A stretch of 46,461 nt of DNA, taken from the sequence record DRR378314_1840; one strand, 5' to 3'. The position numbers and the translations under genes were made by a program. Of the stretch, positions 1 through 9,577 are shown one piece after another (the first letter of the stretch is position 1; every line of letters begins with the position of its first letter). The notes beneath the pieces are model-generated. The model made no database searches and had not been told where the DNA came from. It was given only the letters and a program-made list of their open reading frames with translations.

Positions 1-1088
1 GACCAGGAAATCCACCAGGCCCAATAGAAGGATGTCCACCCTTGTGTGAAATTGGTATCCTCACGCCCAAACGGGTTGGACAGCGGAATAACTTGTTTCA
101 GATACGCCAGACCCCCGTCAACTACGGTCTCAAAAATGGAGGCGGTTGGTCCAACAATAAGCAAAAACAACAATAATAAGGCGGCAAGACCAATATTCAC
201 TTCTGAAAGAATCTTCACACCCCCATCCAGGCCCCGCAGGACCGATATCAAGGCAAGCAGTGTAATGACAGAAATCAGAACAACCTTTGCAACATTACCT
301 GTGCTCCAGCCAAACAGGAAGTTCAGTCCAGCAAGAGCCTGTTCCGTTCCGAACCCAAGGGATGTTGCCAAACCAAACAGGGTCGCGAACACTGCAACGG
401 TATCAATAATATGGCCCGTCCAGCCCCAAACCCGTTCACCGAACAGAGGGTAGAATGCTGAGCGCAGGGTCAATGGCAAATTACTATTGAAAGAGAAGAA
501 AGCCAACGCCAACGCCACAACGGCATAAATCGCCCATGGATGAATGGCCCAATGGAAAATAGTAGCGGCCATACCAAGGCCGATAGCAGCCTCTGTATCG
601 CCAGCAGCCGCACCCAATGGCGCCCAGTCAGTCCGCATACCGTTTTCTGTCGCTGTCCCGCCCATAGAAGAGGCGAAATGCGACATTGGCTCGGACACCC
701 CAAAGAACATCAGTCCAATACCCATGCCGGCCGCAAAGAGCATGGCAAACCAACTGACATAACTATAGTCTGGTTTAGCCTCCATTCCGCCAAGGCGGAT
801 TTTACCAAGCGGTGACACCAACAGGTACAAGCAGAACAGCACAAAAATATTGGCTGCGCTCAGGAAAAACCAATCAAATTTGGAAGTCAAATAGGGCCGA
901 AGCCAGCCGAAAAATTCGGTTGCTTCCGCCTGAAACATCAGTGTCGCTAATACAAATATAATGATTGCGATGCCCGAGATCATGAAAACCGGGTTGTGAA
1001 TATCTAGCCCTAACGGGGTAATATTATTCTCGCCGATTTCATGGTCGGTATCAATTTCATGCAGATGGGTATCATTGCTATCTGTCAT
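1..1088 (-). CDS. BCCT family (betaine/choline/carnitine) transporter, 3' end runs off the window
   Basis: Manual translation of the minus strand from ATG 1088 (GGGAGG RBS upstream): MTDSNDTHLHEIDTDHEIGENNITPLGLDIHNPVF..., ending at the window edge in the BCCT signature GWTSFYWAWWISWS. Absent from the ORF track because the stop lies outside the window. Confidence 0.93.
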   Translation of the reverse strand, partial: MTDSNDTHLHEIDTDHEIGENNITPLGLDIHNPVFMISGIAIIIFVLATLMFQAEATEFFGWLRPYLTSKFDWFFLSAANIFVLFCLYLLVSPLGKIRLGGMEAKPDYSYVSWFAMLFAAGMGIGLMFFGVSEPMSHFASSMGGTATENGMRTDWAPLGAAAGDTEAAIGLGMAATIFHWAIHPWAIYAVVALALAFFSFNSNLPLTLRSAFYPLFGERVWGWTGHIIDTVAVFATLFGLATSLGFGTEQALAGLNFLFGWSTGNVAKVVLISVITLLALISVLRGLDGGVKILSEVNIGLAALLLLFLLIVGPTASIFETVVDGGLAYLKQVIPLSNPFGREDTNFTQGWTSFYWAWWISW

Positions 1089-1353
1089 GTCATTACCCTC
1101 CCTAATGTGGACAGATCTGCATTCCGAACGGAATGCTTCACCGGGTTGGAAAAAACTTGCCCGACACTATCAGCCTAGGATCAGTTGGCTACCCTTGAAA
1201 AGCGGTCAGCAGTCAATTCCTGTTCAAATTTCGCCATTTTCTGCTAAACCCTGTTGTGGAAACCACTCAAGGTGCGCACTCTGATTGACTTTCAACCCTA
1301 TGTGTCAGTCATGTCACAGAAGCTGAAAATATTTGTGGGTTCCAAAAAAGAAC

Positions 1354-1367
1354 TTATATATACATAA
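1354..1367. promoter_or_regulatory. candidate operator palindrome upstream of the thiolase
   Basis: TTATATATACATAA, a near-perfect inverted repeat 40 bp before the thiolase ATG. It is AT-rich, so it could be chance. Confidence 0.3.
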
Positions 1368-1407
1368 TCATAGAAACCCGTATACGGGTCATCAAAAGGA
1401 GAGAGAA

Positions 1408-2568
1408 ATGGATGCAAAAATTGTGGGTTGGGGTCATACGCCCTTTGGCAAGCACGAAGACAAAACTATTGAAGATCTGATTATTGAAGTCGCCCGGGAC
1501 GCCATCGAGCATGCGGGTCTGGCCCCCTCAGATATTGACAGTATTTGGCTTGGCCACTTTAATTCGGGCATGGTCCCGGATGGGTTTGCCTCCTCCCTCG
1601 CGCTCAATCTGGATGAAAGCATGCGCTTCACGCCGGCAACCCGCCTTGAAAATGCCTGCGCGTCCGGCTCTGCTGCAGTGTATTCTGCGCGCAATGCCAT
1701 TAAAGCCGGCTCCTCAAAGGTTGCCCTGGTGATCGGGGCTGAAAAAATGACCGAACTTGATACAGCGGGCGTGACCAAGGCTTTGGCCGGCGCCTCCTAC
1801 CAGAAAGAAGAAGCGGATCTTTCCTTCCCGGCGATCTTTGGTAAATTTGCCGCCGCTTATTTTGATGCCCATGGCGACAATTCTGAAACCCTTGCCCGTA
1901 TTGCCGAAAAAAATCACCGGAACGCCCTGAACAATCCACTGGCCCATATCCGAAAAGAACTGGATTTCGATTTTTTCAATACGGTCACCAATAAAAACCC
2001 CCTGATCGCGCCACCACTACGCCTGACCGACTGCTCCCCGATCAGTGATGGCGCGGCGGCCCTGATCATGGTGTCTGATGATCGGGCTTCTGATTTCGAC
2101 AATGCGATTGCCTTTCGCGCCGCTGCACATGTTAATGATTTCCTGCCGATGTCAAAACGCGATCCACTGAAATTCGAAGGCCCCAAGACAGCCTTTGCCA
2201 AAGCCTTTGAAGAAGCTGGCATCACTGTCAATGATCTGGACTTCGCTGAGGTTCACGACTGCTTCACAATCGCTGAACTAATGATCTATGAAGCCATGGG
2301 TCTGGCCGAACCGGGCAAAGGTGCCAACCTGATCAAGGACGGCACCGTTCTGGCGAACGGCCGCCTGCCGATTAATATTTCAGGAGGCCTGAAAGCCAAG
2401 GGGCACCCGGTTGGTGCAACTGGCGTCTCCATGCATGTGCTGGCCGCGATGCAACTAACGGGGACGGCTGGTGGCATCCAAAAAGACGGGGCCGAACTTG
2501 GCTGCGTCTTTAATATGGGTGGATCAGGCGTTGCCAATTATTGCAGCATTCTGGAAAGAGCCAGCTAA
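1408..2568 (+). CDS. acetyl-CoA acetyltransferase / SCP2-type thiolase
   Basis: ENACASG catalytic Cys, EVHDCF, GGLKAKGHPVGATG and FNMGG motifs. Start at MDAKIV after an AAGGAGAG RBS. Confidence 0.92.
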   Translation: MDAKIVGWGHTPFGKHEDKTIEDLIIEVARDAIEHAGLAPSDIDSIWLGHFNSGMVPDGFASSLALNLDESMRFTPATRLENACASGSAAVYSARNAIKAGSSKVALVIGAEKMTELDTAGVTKALAGASYQKEEADLSFPAIFGKFAAAYFDAHGDNSETLARIAEKNHRNALNNPLAHIRKELDFDFFNTVTNKNPLIAPPLRLTDCSPISDGAAALIMVSDDRASDFDNAIAFRAAAHVNDFLPMSKRDPLKFEGPKTAFAKAFEEAGITVNDLDFAEVHDCFTIAELMIYEAMGLAEPGKGANLIKDGTVLANGRLPINISGGLKAKGHPVGATGVSMHVLAAMQLTGTAGGIQKDGAELGCVFNMGGSGVANYCSILERAS

Positions 2569-2815
2569 TCAGCGTCAGGCCGGCCAGTTATCCGCCGGCC
2601 CTTCGGTAACTTAAAATCCCATATTTCCTTTTCCCCGTGCCGACATTTAAACACCCGGCACCGGGGATTCTCTTAAGCCCTGCTATAGAGTGCTTCTTAC
2701 CATTCCAGATTAAACCTGAAGTTGCTGTTGATCAAATATTAGGCGTAACTTCATTTCAAATTACAGATTTTCCCTTTTCATTTCGGATATTTGGGCATTT
2801 TTACCTAAAATACAC

Positions 2816-2844
2816 TTGCAGAAAAGGCAGAGCCTATTCACAAT
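2816..2844 (+). promoter_or_regulatory. putative sigma70 promoter of the TAXI-TRAP genes
   Basis: TTGCAG-N17-CACAAT, 65 bp upstream of the ATG at 2909. Confidence 0.35.
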
Positions 2845-2908
2845 AAATTTCATTGGGACATCAAAAAGTAACGAAACAAGTCCCAGATAAAAAATTGGGA
2901 GGAAATCT

Positions 2909-4069
2909 ATGCACATTTCACGAACAGGAAATTTGGGCAAGGCCATCGCTGTGGCTGCCGGACTAGTAGCAGGTGTTGCCACCTCTGCCGGTGCTGCAGA
3001 CTTGCCAAAATCCCTAATCTGGACAGCCTACGGCACCACATCCAGTGGTTACGCCCAGTCTGTTGCCATGGGAAATATGCTGAAGAATGAATATGGGACA
3101 TCCATTCGTGTCTTGCCAGGCAAAAACGATATATCCCGGATGACCCCGTTGAAAGTTGGTAAAGCCGACTATTGTGCCTGCGGGATTGCCAGCTATTTTG
3201 GTCAAGAAGGTGTTATGCAATTTGCCACAGCGTCTTGGGGGCCGCAGCCTCTTCGCGTAATCATGACCTCCAAAGGCTCATTTGGCCTGGGTCTGGCTAT
3301 TGCTGGCGACGCGGGCATCAAAACACCGGCTGATCTAAAAGGCAAACGGATCGCCTGGGTTCGCGGCTCAGACGCCCTGAATATCGGTGCTGAAGGCATG
3401 ATGGCCTTTGCCGGCCTTACTTGGGACGATGTCACTAAAGTGGAATTCCCGGGTTTTAAAGACTCCATTGATGGTGTCATTAACGGTCAGGCTGACGCGG
3501 CTTTCTCATCGACTGTATCACCACATCTGAAACGTCTGGCTGCCAGCCCTCGGGGTATCACCTGGACGCCGATGCCAGCGGATGACGAAAAAGGATGGAA
3601 ACAGGTTAACAGTGTTGCACCTTATTTCTCACCAACCAAAGCAGTTGTCGGTGCGGAAGTGACCAAAGACAAGCCTTGGCATGGTGCAGGTTACCCTTAT
3701 CCAATTCTGGTAACCAACTCCGACCGAAGTGGGGATGAAGTCTATGCACTGACAAAAGCCCTCGTTGAAAAGCATGATGCCTATAAAAACAACGCTCCAG
3801 GTGCTAAAGGCTGGCACATTGACAGCCAGTCTTTTGAATGGATCCTGCCGTACCATGAAGGTGCTGTAAAATACTTCAAGGAAATCGGCAAATGGTCCGA
3901 TGCGGCTCAGGCTCATAATGATGGCTTGGTTAAACGTCAGGATGTACTGATAAAAGCCTATGCCGACTATAAAGCAACGAACCCATCAGACGATGAATTT
4001 AAAGCTGGCTGGTCTGCAGCACGTATCAAAGCGCTCGAAGCTGCTGGCCTCATGGTTGGTTTGAGATAA
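2909..4069 (+). CDS. TAXI family TRAP transporter solute-binding subunit
   Basis: Signal peptide (..SAGA-AD), IKTPADLKGKRI, and the C-terminal PYHEGAVKYFKE motif typical of TAXI receptors; adjacent fused permease. Confidence 0.9.
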   Translation: MHISRTGNLGKAIAVAAGLVAGVATSAGAADLPKSLIWTAYGTTSSGYAQSVAMGNMLKNEYGTSIRVLPGKNDISRMTPLKVGKADYCACGIASYFGQEGVMQFATASWGPQPLRVIMTSKGSFGLGLAIAGDAGIKTPADLKGKRIAWVRGSDALNIGAEGMMAFAGLTWDDVTKVEFPGFKDSIDGVINGQADAAFSSTVSPHLKRLAASPRGITWTPMPADDEKGWKQVNSVAPYFSPTKAVVGAEVTKDKPWHGAGYPYPILVTNSDRSGDEVYALTKALVEKHDAYKNNAPGAKGWHIDSQSFEWILPYHEGAVKYFKEIGKWSDAAQAHNDGLVKRQDVLIKAYADYKATNPSDDEFKAGWSAARIKALEAAGLMVGLR

Positions 4070-4081
4070 GCTTTAAAATTC

Positions 4082-4115
4082 AAAGGTTGGCGATCATACA
4101 GGTCGCCAACCTTTT
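4082..4115 (+). terminator. rho-independent terminator / mRNA-stabilising hairpin after the TAXI gene
   Basis: AAGGTTGGCGA...TCGCCAACCTT stem followed by T residues. Confidence 0.7.
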
Positions 4116-4366
4116 GCCTTTCGCCTTGCTCAACAAGGGACAGGCATAAAACTGACTGACTGGGAGGTCAGTTCAACCGGACTGTCAAAAGAAGCCGGAA
4201 CAATGATAAACTAACGGGAGACACCGATAAGTGAGATCTGCTCCTAAGATAAAAATAAACCGGGCAGCACCTGAAAGCCGGAGGATCAACTCCGCCGCCA
4301 AAGGTCACTTTATGGTCAGACCTGCCGTTCCCTGCAGAACTGCAAATCTTTATAAGTGTGACTAAC

Positions 4367-6352
4367 ATGACAGACAAAGTAACCGTTCCGGAAGTTGTGG
4401 AAGAGCCAACCCGCCGCCGCACACTGTCCGGTCCATGGGCCTTACTACCTTATATCTCTGCAATCGCCGTCCTAATCCTGTCGATCAACCAGCTGTTTAA
4501 TCTCGGCTTTTTTGTCGGCTACACCTTTCTCTCTAACCAGTATGCCTACATTATCGTCGCCCTGCTGCTGCCGCTGATTTTTATTATGTGGCCAGCAACC
4601 AGCAAATCCAGCCGCACCTCTGTTCCCATTTATGATGCTGTACTGGCGGCAGTTACGATGGGCATTTGTTTTTTCTTTGCCTATAGCGCGGAAAAAATTC
4701 TTGATGAGGGCTGGGAATATCTCGCGCCGGAATATGCGATTTATATGAGCTACCTTTTCTGGGCAATCATCTTTGAATGCACCCGAAGGGCCGGTGGACT
4801 TGCCATTTTCACCATTGTGGTCGTCATTTCTTTCTATCCTCTATTTGCCGATCAAATGCCAGGACCCATTGCAGGCGCGGCAGCAACACTTCCAGATACA
4901 GCCATTTTCCATACCATGAGTTCGGAAAGTGTGCTGGGCATCCCGCTTCGCGCCTTCACAAATCTGGTGATTGGCTTCCTCGTCTTTGGGGTTGCCTTGC
5001 AATATACCGGCGGCGGCAAGTTTTTTATCAACTTTGCGTTTGGCCTGCTGGGCCATGTGCGCGGCGGTCCTGCCAAAGTAGCGATTTTCTCAAGTGGCCT
5101 GATGGGCTCTATGAGCGGTAGCGTGATCACCAATGTTCTGACAACCGGCGTTCTCTCCATTCCGGCCATGCGGCGTGTTGGCTTCTCCCGCTCTTATGCG
5201 GGTGGGGTTGAAACCTGTGCCTCTACCGGTGGAGTGTTGATGCCTCCCATCATGGGGGCGACGGCCTTCATCATGGCAACCTTTCTGGAGATTCCCTATA
5301 TCGACATCGCCATCGCGGCAATCATCCCATCCTTGCTGTATTTCTTTGGCCTGTTCATTCAAATCGACTCTTATGCAGCCAAGAATGATCTGAAAGGATT
5401 ACCGCGCGAGGAACTTCCCTCTCTCAGGCAGACCCTGAAAGAAGGCTGGCACTTCATTGCTGTCTTCGCCATTCTGATCTGGTTACTTGTCTTTCTGAAG
5501 CAGGAAGCAATTGCGCCTTTCTATGCCACGGCCCTTCTTATCATTATCAACCAAATCTTTCCTTACACCCGTTGGGGCTGGGAAGATGTGAAGAAATTCA
5601 TCATGGGAACCGCCAGCCTGTTTGCAGAGCTTGCCGGAATTCTATGTGGGGTCGGCCTGATCGTTGGGGCGCTCGCTGTGACCGGGATGTCCGGAACCAT
5701 TGCCAATGATCTGATTTTCCTGGCGGGTGGTAACGCATTAGTGCTTCTGTTCATGGGGGCGCTGACCAGCTTTATTCTCGGCATTGGAATGACAGTAACG
5801 GCTGCCTATATCTTCCTGGCGATCTCACTGGCTCCGGCCTTGGTGAGCGCCGGTCTTGATCCGATGGCAGTGCATCTGTTTATCCTCTATTGGGGAATGC
5901 TCAGCTTCATCACACCGCCTGTTGCCCTTGGCGCTTTTGCAGCGGCAACCGTTGCCGGCGCCAAACCGATGGAAACCGGTTTTCAGGCAATGAAATTGGG
6001 AAGTATCATCTACTTCATCCCGTTCTTCTTTGTGTTGAACCCGGCTCTTATTTTGCAAGGGGATGCCTATACGGTTATCAAGGTTGTTTTGACAGCCCTT
6101 GCCGGCGTCTGGCTGATTGCCAGTGGACTCCAGGGATATCTGGCGTGGGTTGGTAAACTCGACATTCATCCACAAGGTGGCTGGGTCATTCGCGCGCTGA
6201 TTATCTTTGCCGGTCTGGCCCTTGCCACACCGGGTGGCGGGTTAATCCCCTTCACCAATTACGAGTTGGGGGCTTATGCAATGATCTTACTTGTCCCGGC
6301 AGTAGTAATAACGGTACTGGTTAACAAACGAAGGTCCGTTGCTGCAGGATAG
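4367..6352 (+). CDS. TRAP transporter fused 4TM/12TM permease
   Basis: RGGPAKVAIFSS, ETCASTGGVLMPPIMGATAF and ITPPVALGAFAAA motifs; many TM helices. Start may be GTG 4358. Confidence 0.92.
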   Translation: MTDKVTVPEVVEEPTRRRTLSGPWALLPYISAIAVLILSINQLFNLGFFVGYTFLSNQYAYIIVALLLPLIFIMWPATSKSSRTSVPIYDAVLAAVTMGICFFFAYSAEKILDEGWEYLAPEYAIYMSYLFWAIIFECTRRAGGLAIFTIVVVISFYPLFADQMPGPIAGAAATLPDTAIFHTMSSESVLGIPLRAFTNLVIGFLVFGVALQYTGGGKFFINFAFGLLGHVRGGPAKVAIFSSGLMGSMSGSVITNVLTTGVLSIPAMRRVGFSRSYAGGVETCASTGGVLMPPIMGATAFIMATFLEIPYIDIAIAAIIPSLLYFFGLFIQIDSYAAKNDLKGLPREELPSLRQTLKEGWHFIAVFAILIWLLVFLKQEAIAPFYATALLIIINQIFPYTRWGWEDVKKFIMGTASLFAELAGILCGVGLIVGALAVTGMSGTIANDLIFLAGGNALVLLFMGALTSFILGIGMTVTAAYIFLAISLAPALVSAGLDPMAVHLFILYWGMLSFITPPVALGAFAAATVAGAKPMETGFQAMKLGSIIYFIPFFFVLNPALILQGDAYTVIKVVLTALAGVWLIASGLQGYLAWVGKLDIHPQGGWVIRALIIFAGLALATPGGGLIPFTNYELGAYAMILLVPAVVITVLVNKRRSVAAG

Positions 6353-6376
6353 AGTTAATCACCTGATTAAGACAAC

Positions 6377-6412
6377 AGGCCGCCGAAGAGTTCTTCGGCG
6401 GCCTTTTATTTT
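6377..6412 (+). terminator. rho-independent terminator
   Basis: AGGCCGCCGAAGA-GT-TCTTCGGCGGCCT followed by TTTATTTT. Confidence 0.85.
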
Positions 6413-6489
6413 AATATATTTTCTATATACTTAGCGTCAGTAGGTGGTTGTAGTAAAATCGAACAGCAAAATAGAAGCAGCCATAAAAC

Positions 6490-6930
6490 ATGACAAACTC
6501 CGGATTTAACTATTCTGTAGACCCCTCCCAGGAAAGCTTATTTGCCCGTGCCTACGGCGTATTGACTTTATCCCTTGCAAAAGAGATGGCGATAAGCGCT
6601 CGCTCTGACACTGGGTATCAAAATCACTTCCATACACTGACAGAATTAAGCGGTATCGATTTTGAATTAACGTCCGATGAACTTCGCCACCTTGCGCAAT
6701 ATATCAACACCACCTGGCCGACCGATGGGCAAATCCGTGCCTGTATGATCCTGGACAGCGAACTCGCCCACGGACTGGTCAGAATGTACGATACATATGT
6801 CTCCGGCCGGTCGCAAAACCCCATGATTCTTCGAACGGATACGCCTGATCTGAAGACCAAGGTTATTGAATATATGCAATTGCCGTCCGACTACCAGTTC
6901 CCTGACTTTTTAAGTTTCGCCAGTTCCTGA
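6490..6930 (+). CDS. hypothetical protein, possibly STAS/SEC14 (SpoIIAA-like) fold, paralog 1
   Basis: 146 aa. The pattern 'A.I.DS.LAHGL.RMY' resembles SpoIIAA-like small proteins; coding status is supported by the paralog. Confidence 0.8.
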   Translation: MTNSGFNYSVDPSQESLFARAYGVLTLSLAKEMAISARSDTGYQNHFHTLTELSGIDFELTSDELRHLAQYINTTWPTDGQIRACMILDSELAHGLVRMYDTYVSGRSQNPMILRTDTPDLKTKVIEYMQLPSDYQFPDFLSFASS

Positions 6931-7067
6931 TCCATTTCAGTCAAAAAAAGTAAATGAACTCATTATAATTTCAGATTGCGTTTTATTTCAGCTGAGATTT
7001 CTGTATAGTTATCAACAGTAAGTGGTTGTAGTCGCTCCAAACAACGAATAAAAACAGCCCTGACTTC

Positions 7068-7508
7068 ATGATAAATTCTGATTTTAACTACTTCGTCGAC
7101 CCCGATCGGAAATGCCTGTTCAATCGGGCGTACGGTGTTTTGACATTTGCCCTGGCAAAGGAAATGGCTCTGCAGTCCAGATCTGATGGCAAATATCAGA
7201 ATAATTTCGATAGCGTTACAGAATTAACCGACGTTGAGTTAAAGATGACGTCCAATGAACTCCGAAAATTGGCCGACTATATAGCCTCAAACTGGCCGAC
7301 CAAAACCCCGATAAACGCGTGCATTATCGTCAACAGCCAACTTGCCCATGGCCTCATTCGAATGTATGGCTCCTACGTCGAGGGACGCTCAAGCAGCCCC
7401 TTGATCATAAAATCTGACACACCGGACCTGCAAACCAAAATCAAGACTTATATGGACCTGCCTGAGCAGTATGATTTTCCAGAATTTTTAAGCTTCAGCT
7501 CACGTTAA
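7068..7508 (+). CDS. hypothetical protein, possibly STAS/SEC14 (SpoIIAA-like) fold, paralog 2
   Basis: 146 aa, about 58% identical to 6490..6930 by hand count (about 85/146). Confidence 0.8.
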   Translation: MINSDFNYFVDPDRKCLFNRAYGVLTFALAKEMALQSRSDGKYQNNFDSVTELTDVELKMTSNELRKLADYIASNWPTKTPINACIIVNSQLAHGLIRMYGSYVEGRSSSPLIIKSDTPDLQTKIKTYMDLPEQYDFPEFLSFSSR

Positions 7509-7514
7509 GCGCAG

Positions 7515-7544
7515 AAAAAAACGGGCGGCAAAAAGCCCCCCGTT
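7515..7544 (-). terminator. rho-independent terminator of phoX
   Basis: Minus strand AACGGGGGGC-TTTTT-GCCGCCCGTT followed by a T run. Confidence 0.7.
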
Positions 7545-7566
7545 AGTCTTGCTATGGTTAGGTCAG

Positions 7567-9453
7567 TTAGCCAATCACGCTACCGTCCTTTTTGGTTATG
7601 GCAATCACGGCTGAGCGCGGCGCAGCATCGCCACCTTCTGGGAAATGACTATCGCCTCTCTCACCCGGATGCTGAATACCAATAAACATAGTGCGGCGAT
7701 CCCCACTCCAGGTAATGCCTGTGACTTCGCATTCTTTTGGACCCACAAGAAAACGCTTGATCTCACCCGTTTCTGTATCGGCGCACAGCATCTGGTTATT
7801 GCCTTGTCCCGCAAAATCCTTGGCGTTGGAATAATTGCCATCGGTTTGGATCCAAAGCAGACCCTGACTGTCAAACGCAATCCCGTCTGGAGAGTTAAAC
7901 ATATTCTCCTCGGTAATGTTGGCTGAGCCTTTTCTAAGATCATTATGAACCGCAGGATTGCCAGCCATGGCGAACAGGTCCCACTCAAAGTCTGCGGCGG
8001 TATGATCCTCGCCTTTTGCGCGCCAGCGGACAATCTGACCAAACAGGTTTTTCTCCCGTGGGTTCGGGCCATCAACCGGTGTCGCATCTCCGCCTTTATT
8101 GGGTTTAACACCCCGGTTTTTATTGTTGGTCAACGCGCAGTAAATTTCGGCTTTGTCTGGATGGGAGGCAACCCATTCCGGACGGTCCATGGTCGTCGCG
8201 CCAACAGCAGATGCGGCCATTCGGGTATGAATGCAGATCTCTGCGTTTGATTTCATGCCAGTCGTTTCGGGGGTTAGTGCCAGCCATTCCCCTTTGCCAG
8301 TGTCATGGAATTTTGCCGCATAGAGTGTTCCGTCGTCCAACAGGTCACTGTTATCACTGCCCTGGACATATTTCCCGGCAGACACAAACCGATACAGGAA
8401 TTCACCCCGCTCGTCATCTCCCAGATAAACAACCACATGTCCATTTTCAGCAACCACCAACTCGGCATTTTCGTGCTTGAAGCGACCCAGAGCTGTCCGT
8501 TTTTTGGGTGTTGATGACGGATCCATCGGATCAATTTCAACAATGTAACCAGCCCGGTTTGGCTCATTGGGGTTTTTGGAAATATCAAAGCGCTCATCTG
8601 TCATGGCCCAGCCGTAACCCCAGTCTTTCAGACCCACGCCGTAGCGTTTCAATGCCGGGTTCACCTGATAGTTCTCATCACTGCTGGAGAAATAACCGTT
8701 AAAGTTTTCCTCACAAGTCAGGTAAGTTCCCCAAGGAGTGCGGCCATTGCCACAGTTGTTCCAGGTTCCAAGACTTTTTGTTCCGCTTGGATCTGCTGCT
8801 GTTTTCAAAAGATCATGGCCGCGCGCCGGACCAGTGATTTCCATGGGGCTGTCAGCTGTCAATCGGCGATTATAAGAAGAGTCTGCGACAATCGACCAAT
8901 ACCCATCCGCATTTGTCAGTTCGACAACAGAAATGCCGTGAGCCGCTTTGCCTTTGCGAACATCATCTGCCGTGGCGGGTTTGCCGTCATTCCCGGGATA
9001 GATAATTTTGCGGTTTGTATATTCATTATTCACAACCAGAATACTGCGCCCTTCATGAGTGAACAAAGACATACCGTCATTATTGTCACCAAACGCCAGC
9101 TCCTGGCTTTGACCAGTTCCCCGGGTTGCATGATCAAATGTAACCCCTTTCGACCACAGCGGATCACCCCAGCGGGCGACAACCTGCCAGTCATATCCTT
9201 CTGGTACGGTCACCGTATCCTTACTGTTGGCAGCCACAGCTTTAAACGCCAAACGGCTGGTTGCCAGGGCATCACGACTGGACAGGATCGTTGATCCCAA
9301 AACCAGGGATCCAAGGCCAAGGGCCAGGCCGCCTTTCATAAAACTCCGGCGGGCCAGCATTTTGTCAGTCAGCGCTTCAAAATCGGTCTTTTCAGGACCA
9401 GGGTTTTCAATTTCGTCAAATTCATCAAAAGTCAGATCATCACGATCAATCAT
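7567..9453 (-). CDS. phoX: PhoX family alkaline phosphatase, Tat-exported
   Basis: Tat motif ARRSFMK; GDNNDG, NNCGNGRTPWGTYLTCEEN, GRFKHE, MDRPEW, SPDG and QHPG motifs. ATG 9453 follows a GGGAG RBS. Confidence 0.95.
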   Translation of the reverse strand: MIDRDDLTFDEFDEIENPGPEKTDFEALTDKMLARRSFMKGGLALGLGSLVLGSTILSSRDALATSRLAFKAVAANSKDTVTVPEGYDWQVVARWGDPLWSKGVTFDHATRGTGQSQELAFGDNNDGMSLFTHEGRSILVVNNEYTNRKIIYPGNDGKPATADDVRKGKAAHGISVVELTNADGYWSIVADSSYNRRLTADSPMEITGPARGHDLLKTAADPSGTKSLGTWNNCGNGRTPWGTYLTCEENFNGYFSSSDENYQVNPALKRYGVGLKDWGYGWAMTDERFDISKNPNEPNRAGYIVEIDPMDPSSTPKKRTALGRFKHENAELVVAENGHVVVYLGDDERGEFLYRFVSAGKYVQGSDNSDLLDDGTLYAAKFHDTGKGEWLALTPETTGMKSNAEICIHTRMAASAVGATTMDRPEWVASHPDKAEIYCALTNNKNRGVKPNKGGDATPVDGPNPREKNLFGQIVRWRAKGEDHTAADFEWDLFAMAGNPAVHNDLRKGSANITEENMFNSPDGIAFDSQGLLWIQTDGNYSNAKDFAGQGNNQMLCADTETGEIKRFLVGPKECEVTGITWSGDRRTMFIGIQHPGERGDSHFPEGGDAAPRSAVIAITKKDGSVIG

Positions 9454-9486
9454 TATCGTCTCCCAGCTCAGAACAGTGTGGCAAGG

Positions 9487-9531
9487 AGTATCCTGATGGG
9501 CCATGACAATTTCGTTTCATTAAAATGAAAG
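9487..9531 (-). promoter_or_regulatory. Pho-box-like promoter of phoX
   Basis: Minus strand CTTTCAT-ttta-ATGAAAC-gaaa-TTGTCAT (three heptamers at an 11-bp period), then 10 bp, then GATACT as a -10-like element. Confidence 0.7.
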
Positions 9532-9577
9532 TCCCGCTGCAAACCGGGCCAGAAATCAACGCCAGACCTGATCTGGC

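Larger units (their letters stand above)
6421..7508 (+). repeat. diverged tandem duplication (period 578 bp) of promoter plus 146-codon gene
   Basis: The two ORFs align without gaps. Upstream blocks TTCTATATACTT..CAGTAGGTGGTTGTAGT (6421-6454) and TTCTGTATAGTT..CAGTAAGTGGTTGTAGT (6999-7032) also match. Confidence 0.9.

Noticed and set aside
46-815. several short plus-strand ORFs at the left edge
   Set aside because: Antisense to the BCCT transporter, which has a clear signature motif.
1300-1318. GTGTCAG/ATGTCAC pair resembling a Pho box
   Set aside because: The period is 9 bp rather than 11, and the flanking genes are not phosphate-related.
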